Origin: a virus
DNA length: 64,000 nucleotides
Reading direction: 5' to 3' (one strand)
IMG/VR virus record: IMGVR_UViG_3300035034_001897
Coordinates: 1 to 64,000 of that record
Below the pieces are notes generated by a model. That model saw only the letters and a list, made by a program, of their open reading frames with translations. It ran no database searches and was not told the DNA's origin. This document shows positions 26,934 through 36,816 of this stretch, piece by piece (the stretch's first letter is position 1; every line of letters begins with the position of its first letter). Position numbers and translations under genes: made by a program.

Positions 26934-28649
26934 ATGTCATACTTAGATTATACCATTCCTACATCACAAGCATCATCATCACTCGACAGTGAACTACAGA
27001 GAATTCAAGTCGAGAAGGGTCAGATTGCTCAACGAGAATATAGAGCACTATCTCAAGCATTGTCATCAGACAATCCTAATGACATCATTAAAGCCAATAC
27101 TTATTGGGAAGATGTTCAAAACAGACAAGATAGTGGAGTCAAAACTAGACTAGTTGATCCTAATGAATGGACTCAAGGTGCTGGCTATAAACATAAAAGA
27201 TTTCAACTAGATTATAGTACATTGAGAAGGATGGTGTCAACTACTCCTATCATTAAAGCTATTGTAGGAACTAGACAGGCTCAAGTGAGTGCGTTTTCAA
27301 CTCCACAGAAGAGTAAGTATGAAACTGGATTCGTTATTCGTAAGAAAAGGGAGTTTTATACAGACGAAGAGCCTATTGTAACTCGAGAAGATAAGCAGAC
27401 TATTAATGAATTAACGAAATTCATTCTTAATGGTGGTGATGACGAAAATGCGTGGAATGGAGACACTTTTGATACGTTTCTTAAAAAACTAGCAAACGAC
27501 TCACTAACGTTAGATCAAGCGTGTTTTGAAATAGTTAGAAGTAATAAAGGTGAGCCAGTTGAATATCTAGCAGTAGATGGAGCGACAATAGTATTAGCAG
27601 ACACACATAACGATGAGCAAGAGGTTGTTGATAGAGAATATGATCACGCAGGAAATAAACGTAAAAGAGTAAGAGGCTATTTACCATCATACGTTCAAGT
27701 AATTGATTCAGTAATTCACAATGAATACTATCCTTGGGAAATGTGTATGGGAATTAGAAATTCTACTACAGATATCAGATCGAATGGGTATGGTAAAAGT
27801 GAAGTAGAGGAATTAGTTAGTATTATTACTTGGATGTTATATGGAGACACATATAACGGAAAATTTTTTAGTCAAGGTAGCAATCCAAAAGGAATGCTTA
27901 AAGTAGGTTCAGGAGTTAATAGAAACCGACTCGCAGAGTTTAGACAGCAATGGTTATCAATGGTAGCTGGAGTTCAGAATGCTTGGAAGGTTCCAATGGT
28001 TGAGGGAGATGTTGAATGGATTGATATGCAGAAAGGCAATCGAGATATGGAGTTCTCGGCGTGGCAAGAATACTTGATAAAGGTTGCGTGTGCAGTATTT
28101 AAGATCGCACCAGAAGAGGTTGGATTTAATATCGATAAGAGTGGAGGTCTTGGTGGAGAAAATGATAGCGATGTCAAAATTAGATATTCGAGAGATAAAG
28201 GATTGAAGCCAATGCTGAAATCATTTGAGTTCTGGATTAATAAGTGGTTAGTTGCTCCTAAAAATGCAGACTTTGAGTTTAAGTTTGTAGGATTAGATAC
28301 AGATAGTGAAGAGAAAGAGGTTGAACTACTCAATAAAAAAGTTGAGCATGGAATGGGTCTTAAAGAATATCGTCGTGCAATTGGATTGCCAGAAGATTTA
28401 GAAGAAGGAGACTTCCCACTTAACAATATATATGTTCAAATGCAAGGACAATTAGCAATGCAAGAGCAGAGTGAAGAAAATGGAGAATTCGTTGATCAAG
28501 ATCAGGCAAGTGAAGAAGATGATTTCTGGAACAGTATTGATATGGAAAAAGGTGTGCTTGATCAAATGAATCAATTGAAAGTGTATAAAGGCAACCCTAT
28601 GATGAAGGATGCATTAAATATGTTAATTGGAGATGGAGCAGCAAAATAA
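26934..28649 (+). CDS. Portal protein
   Basis: GYGKSEVE, FFSQGSNPKG, RDMEF, PEEVGF and DKGLKP motifs of SPO1/Twort-like portals; first gene of the head module. Confidence 0.9.
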   Translation: MSYLDYTIPTSQASSSLDSELQRIQVEKGQIAQREYRALSQALSSDNPNDIIKANTYWEDVQNRQDSGVKTRLVDPNEWTQGAGYKHKRFQLDYSTLRRMVSTTPIIKAIVGTRQAQVSAFSTPQKSKYETGFVIRKKREFYTDEEPIVTREDKQTINELTKFILNGGDDENAWNGDTFDTFLKKLANDSLTLDQACFEIVRSNKGEPVEYLAVDGATIVLADTHNDEQEVVDREYDHAGNKRKRVRGYLPSYVQVIDSVIHNEYYPWEMCMGIRNSTTDIRSNGYGKSEVEELVSIITWMLYGDTYNGKFFSQGSNPKGMLKVGSGVNRNRLAEFRQQWLSMVAGVQNAWKVPMVEGDVEWIDMQKGNRDMEFSAWQEYLIKVACAVFKIAPEEVGFNIDKSGGLGGENDSDVKIRYSRDKGLKPMLKSFEFWINKWLVAPKNADFEFKFVGLDTDSEEKEVELLNKKVEHGMGLKEYRRAIGLPEDLEEGDFPLNNIYVQMQGQLAMQEQSEENGEFVDQDQASEEDDFWNSIDMEKGVLDQMNQLKVYKGNPMMKDALNMLIGDGAAK

Positions 28650-29001
28650 CAAAACTAATTTCCAACTAATCTTAGTGATAGTGGTAGCAGTACTTCTATT
28701 TATAGGAGGAATGTGGTTGGGCAGTAGAAATTCGTCAAAAAATCATTTCGATACTGAACGTGAACTAATTAAAGAAGAGAGAGATTCTCTTAATACACTC
28801 ATCAAAGTAAATAAAGAAATTGATAAAGTGATTGTTAGTAGATTTGATAGCTTAGTTCAAGTGAGAGATGTCAACTTTGAAAAAGCATTGAAGCAGATTG
28901 AAACAAATATTCGTAATTTAAGAATTAAAAGAGATGAAGAACTTCGTGGTATTAATAGTAATGACTCTTTGTACTTGCGCATTCTCGCAAGAAAGCAATA
29001 A
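28633..29001 (+). CDS. TM plus coiled-coil protein, i-spanin-like
   Basis: N-terminal TM then helical domain; overlaps the next ORF. Confidence 0.45.
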   Translation: MEQQNNKTNFQLILVIVVAVLLFIGGMWLGSRNSSKNHFDTERELIKEERDSLNTLIKVNKEIDKVIVSRFDSLVQVRDVNFEKALKQIETNIRNLRIKRDEELRGINSNDSLYLRILARKQ

Positions 29002-29392
29002 ATCACTGTCACTAACTGACTTTTTAAAATCCATTACAGATGTAATGGAAATGGTCATCTCTCCAGACACAGTGGTAGTAATGAAAAAGCCTCACGCGAA
29101 ATATATTGCTGGCATAAGAGTGAAGTACAATTATCAACTTAAATATTCAGTAGAGCAAGATTCAACTATAACTGCATTACAACAAAAAGTTGGAGAGTAT
29201 ATTAAAGGAGAATCTCTACTATTTCGACGCATAACTACAAAAGATACTGTCATTATTGCTCTACAAACAGTTAATAAAGGATTAGAAAGAGAGAGAGATG
29301 GTTTTGAGTCTTTATGGAAGGATCAGAAGAAAACTACTTGGTTAGTTGGAATAATAGCGGTATTAACTACAATATTAGGTTTTACGTTATAA
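28934..29392 (+). CDS. Signal peptide, coiled coil and C-terminal TM protein, spanin-like
   Basis: MKNFVVLIVMTLCTCAFSQ start; WLVGIIAVLTTILGFTL end. Confidence 0.45.
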   Translation: MKNFVVLIVMTLCTCAFSQESNKSLSLTDFLKSITDVMEMVISPDTVVVMKKPHAKYIAGIRVKYNYQLKYSVEQDSTITALQQKVGEYIKGESLLFRRITTKDTVIIALQTVNKGLERERDGFESLWKDQKKTTWLVGIIAVLTTILGFTL

Positions 29393-29526
29393 TGACACAA
29401 AAAAAGAAAAAATACTTAGATCGACCGAGATTTCCAGTGATAAATGATTATGAGAATGATTTCAGAAAATCTTGGAAATTGTCAATGAAGATAGCTTTGA
29501 AAGAAATTGAAAATAAAATCAAATGA
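29392..29526 (+). CDS. 44 aa basic protein
   Basis: Likely start ATG 29392 (MTQKKKK), coupled to neighbours. Confidence 0.45.
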   Translation: MTQKKKKYLDRPRFPVINDYENDFRKSWKLSMKIALKEIENKIK

Positions 29527-30016
29527 TAGAAATTACAACATCAATTCACAAACGTCAGCAACAAATTCGTGCCAATATAGTGAAAGGATTAAAGACTCCT
29601 ACATTTAGTGGATTTAAGTTAGAGAACAAATACAACTATAAGGTTTACAGATTTCAATAGAGAATAAGCAAGGATCTACACGTAAATGGAAAGATGGAGA
29701 TAAAGAAGGTTCTACGTTAATGCACTATGATTATGGATATATTAGAAATACTGTAGGAAACGATAACGATCACGTTGACTGCTACATTAATTCAAAAAAT
29801 ATAGTTGATCAAGTCTTTGTTATTCATCAAAATAGACCTAAAACTGGTCAATTCGATGAAGATAAGGTAATGTTAGGTTTTGATAGTGCAGACGAAGCTA
29901 AGAGAGCTTATTTAACTCATTACGATAGCGAAAAATTCTTTGGATCGATGACTGAAATGACCCTCGATCAATTCAAAAGCAAAGCGTTAGGTAAAAAAAA
30001 TCGTAAAATTCAATAA
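29523..30016 (+). pseudogene. Inorganic-pyrophosphatase-like (InPase) domain protein with shared leader, interrupted by a frameshift at about 29640
   Basis: Frame 1: MIEITTSIHKRQQQIRANIVKG...YNY; -1 frame from 29642: GLQISIENKQGSTR...YDYGYI...DNDHVDCY...FDEDKVMLGF. Confidence 0.7.
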
Positions 30017-30981
30017 TGATACTTAGTCCAAATCAAATTACAGATTTACTGTCGATTATAGACAAATACACTTTGACGTTTGCAGCACACCATATAGGAG
30101 TGCAAGGAATGAATCAAGCTCAACTAAATTTACTGCAGCAATCAGGAGTGAATATATCTAAGATAGCAATTCAAACATCAAATATTAATCAAGCATTTAG
30201 GTTTGGAATTCTTAGCAGTGCGTTAGGAGATGCAAATGCTAAGAATATGAGTTACAGTCAACTCAAAGGATTTATTAGTAGTGGAAAGATGTTTAAGTTG
30301 TCAGCTATTGAAAGTGCAGCTCTACAAAATCTACAATATCAAACAGTAACGCAAGTAGTCAAATTTGGAGATAAGATTAAAAACGATATCATTGACAAGT
30401 TGGTGTACGCTGACAAGAAAAATAATGCAGTTAAGCACAGTAAGGTTGTTACAGATGCAGTCAACAACGCAATACAAGAAAGAAAAGGAGTGCAATCAGT
30501 AATTTCAGATATTGGTCACGAATTAGATAATTGGGATAGAGATTTTGGTAGAATAGCAGATTTTGTAATGCATACAGCATTTGAGGAAGGTAGAGCATTG
30601 AAAATTATGCAGACACAAGGAAATCAATCTTTAGTATATAAAGATGTGTACTTAGGAGCTTGTCCTCATTGCATAAAAAACTATCTTACTGGAGGAATTG
30701 GAAGTGCGCCTAAAATATTCACTATTCAACAAATAACAGCGAACGGGACTAATGTAGGGAAGAAAGTGAAAGATTGGTTGCCAGTATTAGGACCTCTTCA
30801 TCCTTGGTGTAGATGTACATTAATGCAAGTACCTAACCAATTCAATTTAATAGACTATAACAACGGCTTATGGTTATGGGACGGAAGACAGTTTATAAGA
30901 AATGCTGATAAATATCAGCGCAAAGTAAGGCGAAATAGTAAAGTAAAAGTAACTGTTAACGGAAAAACAACGGAAGTATGA
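30016..30981 (+). CDS. MuF/SPP1 gp7-like minor head protein
   Basis: ACPHC and PLHPWCRC motifs; located between portal and protease. Confidence 0.75.
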   Translation: MILSPNQITDLLSIIDKYTLTFAAHHIGVQGMNQAQLNLLQQSGVNISKIAIQTSNINQAFRFGILSSALGDANAKNMSYSQLKGFISSGKMFKLSAIESAALQNLQYQTVTQVVKFGDKIKNDIIDKLVYADKKNNAVKHSKVVTDAVNNAIQERKGVQSVISDIGHELDNWDRDFGRIADFVMHTAFEEGRALKIMQTQGNQSLVYKDVYLGACPHCIKNYLTGGIGSAPKIFTIQQITANGTNVGKKVKDWLPVLGPLHPWCRCTLMQVPNQFNLIDYNNGLWLWDGRQFIRNADKYQRKVRRNSKVKVTVNGKTTEV

Positions 30982-31172
30982 TACAAAGATTTTTATATTG
31001 GTGCAATGAAAGAGCTTATTTGAGAAATGAGACTGTATTGCTAAGAAAGATAATTAATAGAAAAAATGCAGATATAGTTGCAGCAGCGAATCTTATTCAA
31101 AATGAAAGGATGAAGCACGAAGCTGAACTAATGGCAATTGAATTAAAAAATAATTTACATAGCTCTGACTAA
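30978..31172 (+). CDS. Hypothetical protein
   Basis: ORF track. Confidence 0.5.
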   Translation: MIQRFLYWCNERAYLRNETVLLRKIINRKNADIVAAANLIQNERMKHEAELMAIELKNNLHSSD

Positions 31173-31227
31173 AGGTTGGTCTGTATATTATATTTACAGT
31201 ATATTTACAACTTAAACTACAATTATT

Positions 31228-31512
31228 ATGAAAACATTTATTTTCGAAAACGCTGGAAAAACTTTAAAAGTAGCAATTAAATGCGATGTTTTCGCAACTA
31301 ATGCGCAACTACAAGAGCCAGGATTTGATACTCGATTTACAGCAATGACAGTAGAAGATAGCGATGAAGCAATTCAAGCTGGACTGAACATTAATGAGAT
31401 GGAGCAAAATCTTCAAGGATTGAAAGCAAAAGCTACAGAATTAGGATGGTCTCTTTCAGTAGCTGACATCAATGAAGAAGGTGGAACAATTGAATTAGTT
31501 GCAGCAGTATAA
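31228..31512 (+). CDS. Hypothetical head-module protein
   Basis: Own GTTG..TATATTTA promoter-like element; coupled to the protease. Confidence 0.6.
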   Translation: MKTFIFENAGKTLKVAIKCDVFATNAQLQEPGFDTRFTAMTVEDSDEAIQAGLNINEMEQNLQGLKAKATELGWSLSVADINEEGGTIELVAAV

Positions 31513-33092
31513 TGAAACAGCAATTCCAAACACATATACCTCTTGAGTTAATCAAAGGAAAGGATCAAGAAGGCAACCCTATTATGAAAATGAGAGGTGT
31601 TGCTTCTACTCCATCCGAAGATGCAGATAAGGAATTTTTAGAGCCTAAAGGATTTGACTCTGAATATTTCCTCAAGCACGGATTTATGAATTGGAATCAT
31701 CAAGCAAACAACGATCCGTCAGCAATTGTTGGCAAGCCTACTGGAGCAAGTGTTGATGGAGAAGATTACGTAATAGACTTCAATCTATTTCCAGATAGCA
31801 AAAAAGCTCAACAAATCTATGAATTGCAAAAAGTTCTCGAATCTCAAGGACTTGCGTTAGGTTTATCTATCGAGGGTAAAGTCCTTGAGAGAGATCCTTT
31901 AAATAATAGTAGAGTAACTAAAGCTAAAATAACTGGATGTGCTATCACGCCTAATCCAAAGAATCAAGATACAGTAACTCAAATAATTAAGGGTCACGAT
32001 TATGATGCATTAATTAGCGATTCTGACGAAGAGGACGAAGAGGATGAAGATGGTGATAAGAAAGAGAAGGCTTTATCTGCAGCATCAGCTAGTGGACAAG
32101 CAATAACAAAAGAGTCTCTTGATGGAGATTTAAAAGACATTACACAAAGTAAAAAATTAACCAAAGGTGAGGTTATTGAGAAAATTTCACTAGATTTACC
32201 ATCCCTAAACGAGGATCAAGTTAAATCTATTTATAATTTAACACATAAAATTCAAAAAGCAATCGATATGGATACTGCAACAAAACAAAAAGAAACTCCA
32301 ACAATTACTCCAGAAACGTTAAAGAAAGCGTACGATATACTAAATTTAGTATCTCCAGAAAAAGCGTTAGAAAAGAGTGAAGCTGGCAATAATGATTTGT
32401 CAGGTAATGACGGACTATCTCTTGAGGAAATCACAGCAAAGAAGAATGAACTGGAAAAATCTCTTGCAGCAGTTACTGAGCTTGAGAAAGCGTGTAAGAC
32501 TGAAAAAATGAATGACGACGACGATATGAAGAAGTCGGAAGATGATGATAAGAAAGATGATGATGATAAGAAAGATGATGATGCAGACGACGACAAAAAA
32601 GACGACAAAAAAGACGACAAAATGGAAAAAGGTCTTGGTGATACTGTAATAGGGCAGAACAATGACGAATTAATCAAGTCACTTACTGCAGTATTTAAAG
32701 GAGAGCTTGGTCAAATAGAAGCTGGATCGAATGAAAAATTCAAAGCTGTTGGTCAATTAATGAAGTCTTTCACTGGAACAGTAGAAGCTATTGACGAGCG
32801 ATTATCTGCTTTTGAAAATCAGACGAAAGGACGTAAGTCTGTTACAACTCAAAAGCAACACGTAATTGAAAAGTCGTTTGCAAGCGATCAACAAGACGTT
32901 CAAGGTGACCAAAAACAATATTTGAATTTGACAGCACACAAAACACAGATTTCAAAAGCTCTTACAGACAGTTTTCTAGCAAGCGAGAATAAAGATGAGA
33001 CTTTAAGAAAAGGAATACTATTATATGATCAATCTGGACAAGCAAATCCAACAATTCAAGCGAAAGCGAGAGAATTAGGATTGATCAAGTAA
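31512..33092 (+). CDS. Prohead protease fused to scaffold
   Basis: GVAST..D...E, NWNH, GLSIEG, AIT.NP.N protease motifs, then an acidic low-complexity helical region. Confidence 0.88.
   Translation: MKQQFQTHIPLELIKGKDQEGNPIMKMRGVASTPSEDADKEFLEPKGFDSEYFLKHGFMNWNHQANNDPSAIVGKPTGASVDGEDYVIDFNLFPDSKKAQQIYELQKVLESQGLALGLSIEGKVLERDPLNNSRVTKAKITGCAITPNPKNQDTVTQIIKGHDYDALISDSDEEDEEDEDGDKKEKALSAASASGQAITKESLDGDLKDITQSKKLTKGEVIEKISLDLPSLNEDQVKSIYNLTHKIQKAIDMDTATKQKETPTITPETLKKAYDILNLVSPEKALEKSEAGNNDLSGNDGLSLEEITAKKNELEKSLAAVTELEKACKTEKMNDDDDMKKSEDDDKKDDDDKKDDDADDDKKDDKKDDKMEKGLGDTVIGQNNDELIKSLTAVFKGELGQIEAGSNEKFKAVGQLMKSFTGTVEAIDERLSAFENQTKGRKSVTTQKQHVIEKSFASDQQDVQGDQKQYLNLTAHKTQISKALTDSFLASENKDETLRKGILLYDQSGQANPTIQAKARELGLIK
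32511..32625 (+). repeat. Low-complexity DDDKK coding repeat in scaffold region
   Basis: GATGATGATAAGAAA and GACGACAAAAAA tandem units. Confidence 0.7.
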
Positions 33093-33152
33093 AAATACAA
33101 CATCGTACATAACATCGGAGAAAAACAAATTAATTTTAAAAAATTTTCTCAT

Positions 33153-34682
33153 ATGGAAAACTTAACAGTACCCTTAGCGTCATATTCGCACGGAAGTGGT
33201 TTCGGAGCAGATGCAAGTCAGCAAGCAAATTTGAGCGCGTCTCAACTAGCTGAATTGTCAAAAGCCCTTGAAGCTGGTCAGTTGCAAGGTGGAGCAATGG
33301 GTAACCCTGCGCAATCAAACGGTGGTGCACTAAAGACAGAGTCTTTAGAAAGCTCACTTAAACTAATTACTTTCCGTGAAGCGGATATTCGTTTTTGGAA
33401 GAGATTCCCAAAAACAGCTGCTTATAATACGGTAGAAGAGTACAACCAACACACGAGCTATGGTACTGATCGTGGAGGATTCAATAACGAAGGTGAATTG
33501 CCGGAAGAAGAAGACTCTAGCTATGTACGTAAGGCAGAACACGTGAAGTATTTAGGTGTAACTAAATCAGTTACCCACCCAATGCAATTGGTGAATACTA
33601 ACGTTGGAGATATCATTCAGAAGGAAACTACTAATGGTATTATGTGGATCTTACGTAAAGCTGATAGAGCTTTATTTTATGGAGATGAGAAAGTTGTTTC
33701 TCAAGAATGGAATGGTTTATATGCTCAGCATTTAAACAATGATCAGTTTGCTAACTTAGAAGAGTATTACAGCTCTCCATTAGTAATTGACCTTAGAGGT
33801 TCTGCTCTTACAGAAGCTAACATTGAGAGTGGAGCTCAAGTACTTTTAACGAAGTTTGCTCAACCTAACTTAATGGTTGCACCTCCAGTAGTATTTAGTG
33901 AATTTGCTAAAGGATTCTACGCACGTCAACGTATTGCAACGGGAGGAAGTGTAAATGGTAATGTTACTGGCGCTACAATGGGTCAACACATTAGTAACTT
34001 CCAATCTATGTACGGATTGATTGACTTTGAGTATGACATCTTTGCTGCGAAAAACCCAGGGAAACTTTCTACAGTAGGAGGTACATCACCAAAAGCACCT
34101 ACAGCACCTACAGTTGGAGCAACTCCAATAGCAGTTGTAAATGCAGACGGACAGTCTCGTTTCAATGACGGAACTGGTGATTATTACTACGCAGTTACTG
34201 CTATAAACCGATATGGTGAATCAGCAATGACTCAGTTAGGAGGATCTGTTACTGTTGCAAACGCAGATGATAGTGTAGATTTACAGTTTACTGCGACACC
34301 AGGACCTTACACTCCAAATGCTTATGTAGTTTATCGATCTAAAAAGAATCCTTCTGGATCTTTTGCAATGACAACGATGTATCCTATCGCTACAGTACCA
34401 GTTGCTGGAACAGATGCTAAGAGAGGTTCTCTTGCAAATGGAGTTGATGGTGGTGCAGCAGGAATTGTTAGAGATAGAAATAGAATTCTACCTGATACTC
34501 AAGAGGCTCTTCTTTTACAAGGAGATACAGATGTGATCGAGTTCAAGCAACTTGCACCTCTTATGAAAATGCCACTTGCGAAGTTGAGTCCAGCTGACCG
34601 ATTTATGGTCTTGCTTTATGGTACTCCAATTGTGTACGCACCATCTAAGATGATACGTTACATCAATATTGGTAAAGCGTAA
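33153..34682 (+). CDS. Major capsid protein
   Basis: GGALKTESLE and EGELPEEEDS motifs of SPO1/Twort-like capsids; follows protease-scaffold; strong terminator after. Confidence 0.9.
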   Translation: MENLTVPLASYSHGSGFGADASQQANLSASQLAELSKALEAGQLQGGAMGNPAQSNGGALKTESLESSLKLITFREADIRFWKRFPKTAAYNTVEEYNQHTSYGTDRGGFNNEGELPEEEDSSYVRKAEHVKYLGVTKSVTHPMQLVNTNVGDIIQKETTNGIMWILRKADRALFYGDEKVVSQEWNGLYAQHLNNDQFANLEEYYSSPLVIDLRGSALTEANIESGAQVLLTKFAQPNLMVAPPVVFSEFAKGFYARQRIATGGSVNGNVTGATMGQHISNFQSMYGLIDFEYDIFAAKNPGKLSTVGGTSPKAPTAPTVGATPIAVVNADGQSRFNDGTGDYYYAVTAINRYGESAMTQLGGSVTVANADDSVDLQFTATPGPYTPNAYVVYRSKKNPSGSFAMTTMYPIATVPVAGTDAKRGSLANGVDGGAAGIVRDRNRILPDTQEALLLQGDTDVIEFKQLAPLMKMPLAKLSPADRFMVLLYGTPIVYAPSKMIRYINIGKA

Positions 34683-34706
34683 GCTCAACTTGATATATAT
34701 AAAACG

Positions 34707-34737
34707 AAAGCCTCCTTTATTTAAGGAGGCTTTTTTA
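34707..34737. terminator. Bidirectional terminator between capsid gene and inverted gene
   Basis: AAAGCCTCCTT/AAGGAGGCTTTTTT. Confidence 0.85.
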
Positions 34738-34751
34738 TGCAATACATTTGA

Positions 34752-35315
34752 CTACTTAGTTCTTTTAGTTATAATAAATCTCCAATGAGAAACCTTCTCA
34801 AAGCAAGACACCCAAACTAACCTAGCGTGAGCAGTTCCTATTAACGTTTTGATAGTACAACCATTTTTTTTATCCCAACTTGATTTGTAAGACTCAATCA
34901 AGAAACTAAATTCTCTACGATCTTCAATCCACGTTCGCTGTACTTTAAGAACACCATCCATCATTCCAAAGCCAACTAATCGTTCAGAGATGTTAGATAA
35001 TTTACTGTTGAAAGTTTCTTCTGCTTGCTTTAACCACAACAACGAGTTAATGTTTACTCTTGAAGCAGATTCTCGCTGTAAAGTGAGTGTGCGATTTAGA
35101 TTGATGTAAGTTGAGTCGTGGTCAGAATAATCTTTCATTTTCTCAACAGTAAACTTGATATCTCGCTCAATCTGTTTTTGGTTGTAAGAAACTGCTGAGT
35201 CGTAATATCTCTCTCTCATTGGACGAGTTTCTCTATTCATAATAGCATAAGCTCTCTCTAAATCTTGCTTAGCTCTCTTTTGACTTGCTGTTAATTTTAC
35301 TGCTTGACTTTTCAC
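34752..35315 (-). CDS. Hypothetical early protein, inverted within the structural module
   Basis: Only credible minus-strand gene; likely start GTG 35315 after AAAATCGGAAATT (track start 35339). Confidence 0.75.
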   Translation of the reverse strand: MKSQAVKLTASQKRAKQDLERAYAIMNRETRPMRERYYDSAVSYNQKQIERDIKFTVEKMKDYSDHDSTYINLNRTLTLQRESASRVNINSLLWLKQAEETFNSKLSNISERLVGFGMMDGVLKVQRTWIEDRREFSFLIESYKSSWDKKNGCTIKTLIGTAHARLVWVSCFEKVSHWRFIITKRTK

Positions 35316-35351
35316 AATTTCCGATTTTAGTGTTAGCATTTCTTTCTGATA

Positions 35352-35384
35352 TAAAGATACTACCTTTATATCTTTCTCACAACA
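35352..35384 (-). promoter_or_regulatory. Conserved early promoter, copy 5
   Basis: Reverse complement reads TGTTG-TGAGAAAGATATAAAGGTAG-TATCTTTA, identical to copy 2. Confidence 0.8.
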
Positions 35385-35473
35385 GTTCCTTAATTTATTT
35401 TAAAATAAATAATCTCCGAACATTTTTATGTATATTTAAACTCTATAATTAATCAAAACAAAAAAACATTGTT

Positions 35474-36034
35474 ATGGCAAAAGTAAAAACAAACAAATCG
35501 TTCGAGTTCGGAAAGACAAGAGTGACTTCAGTAGAGACTTTAGAGTTTGATGATCAAGGAATCTCACAAGAGATTTCAAATGAAGATGCAGCATTGCTTG
35601 TGAAAGCATCACCTTCACTAACATTAGTGCAAGAGCAAGATCAACTACCAGACCCATCATTAAACGAAGAGGGTGATGTAGGCAATAAAAAACTTGATGA
35701 AACTCCTCTAATCAAAGAAGTAAAGCAAGAAGCTATCAAACCAAAAGCAGAGGTAACTGACGCTATCGTAACAGATGCAGCAGATGTTATTGAAGTGAAA
35801 GGAGAAGTTGAAATTATCGAAGATGTAGTTGAGGGAGATAAGGTTGAAGTTGTTGAAACAGCACTTGACGATGCAATTACGCCAACATTCACTAAAGAGC
35901 AATTAGGTGAAATGGGAATGGGTGATTTGAGAGATGCTTTAATTAAAGCTGGAGTAGCTGAAATTGAAGTCGAGAAGTATAAAGGAAGAGAGATGAAAGA
36001 TGAATTAGTTGACTTCGCTTTTAGCAAACTATAA
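35474..36034 (+). CDS. Acidic hypothetical protein of the head/neck region
   Basis: ORF track; position. Confidence 0.6.
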   Translation: MAKVKTNKSFEFGKTRVTSVETLEFDDQGISQEISNEDAALLVKASPSLTLVQEQDQLPDPSLNEEGDVGNKKLDETPLIKEVKQEAIKPKAEVTDAIVTDAADVIEVKGEVEIIEDVVEGDKVEVVETALDDAITPTFTKEQLGEMGMGDLRDALIKAGVAEIEVEKYKGREMKDELVDFAFSKL

Positions 36035-36816
36035 TGGCTACACTATCATATTCATTAAAATCAAGTAAGAACGATTTGCCAATTTCTCCTGAGGAGTTGG
36101 CAAATCGTTACTTCTTTGGGATACCTATAAAAGATCCTAACGGAACCGTAATGAATAATGCTAACATTGGATTTTATATCAATGCAGCAGTGCAATCTAT
36201 TGAAGGACTGTTAAACATAAAACTAACCAAACAAGTTATTGAAGAATCTTTATCATATCATTTGAATGATTATGCATCTTGGGGATATATTCCTACAAGT
36301 TTTCCAGTACTTAAAGCTGGAGGATTAGCAGGGTTTTTAGGAAAAGTTCAGCAAGTAAAATTTCCTGCACAATGGTTAAGTGTTAAAAGAACAAACGATC
36401 CGACTGGAGCTCATAGAAAAATACAGATAGTACCTACATCAGGAAATGTTGAACACGGAAGTGTTGAGTATAGTGGAATAAGTCAATATATGGGATGGTT
36501 CGGTCAGCAAACAATTCCAGACTATTGGACAGTAAAGTATTGCACATCGTTTGATATAATTCCAGCAGACATTGCAGATGCAGTAGGAAAACTAGCTGCA
36601 ATTAACATATTCCATCAATTAGGAGACATTATTTTAGGTGCTGGTATAGCCTCTCAAAGTATAGGTATAGATGGACTATCTCAAAGTATATCGACAACTT
36701 CATCAGCAACCAACGCTGGATATGGAGCAAGAGTTACTGGATATCTTGCAGATTTAAAGCAAGCGAGAACAGATTTAAAAAATAAATACGACGGAATAGC
36801 GTTAAGCATAATGTAA
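36034..36816 (+). CDS. Head-tail adaptor/neck protein
   Basis: GDIILGAGIASQSIGIDGLSQS motif of SPO1/Twort-like neck proteins. Confidence 0.7.
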   Translation: MATLSYSLKSSKNDLPISPEELANRYFFGIPIKDPNGTVMNNANIGFYINAAVQSIEGLLNIKLTKQVIEESLSYHLNDYASWGYIPTSFPVLKAGGLAGFLGKVQQVKFPAQWLSVKRTNDPTGAHRKIQIVPTSGNVEHGSVEYSGISQYMGWFGQQTIPDYWTVKYCTSFDIIPADIADAVGKLAAINIFHQLGDIILGAGIASQSIGIDGLSQSISTTSSATNAGYGARVTGYLADLKQARTDLKNKYDGIALSIM

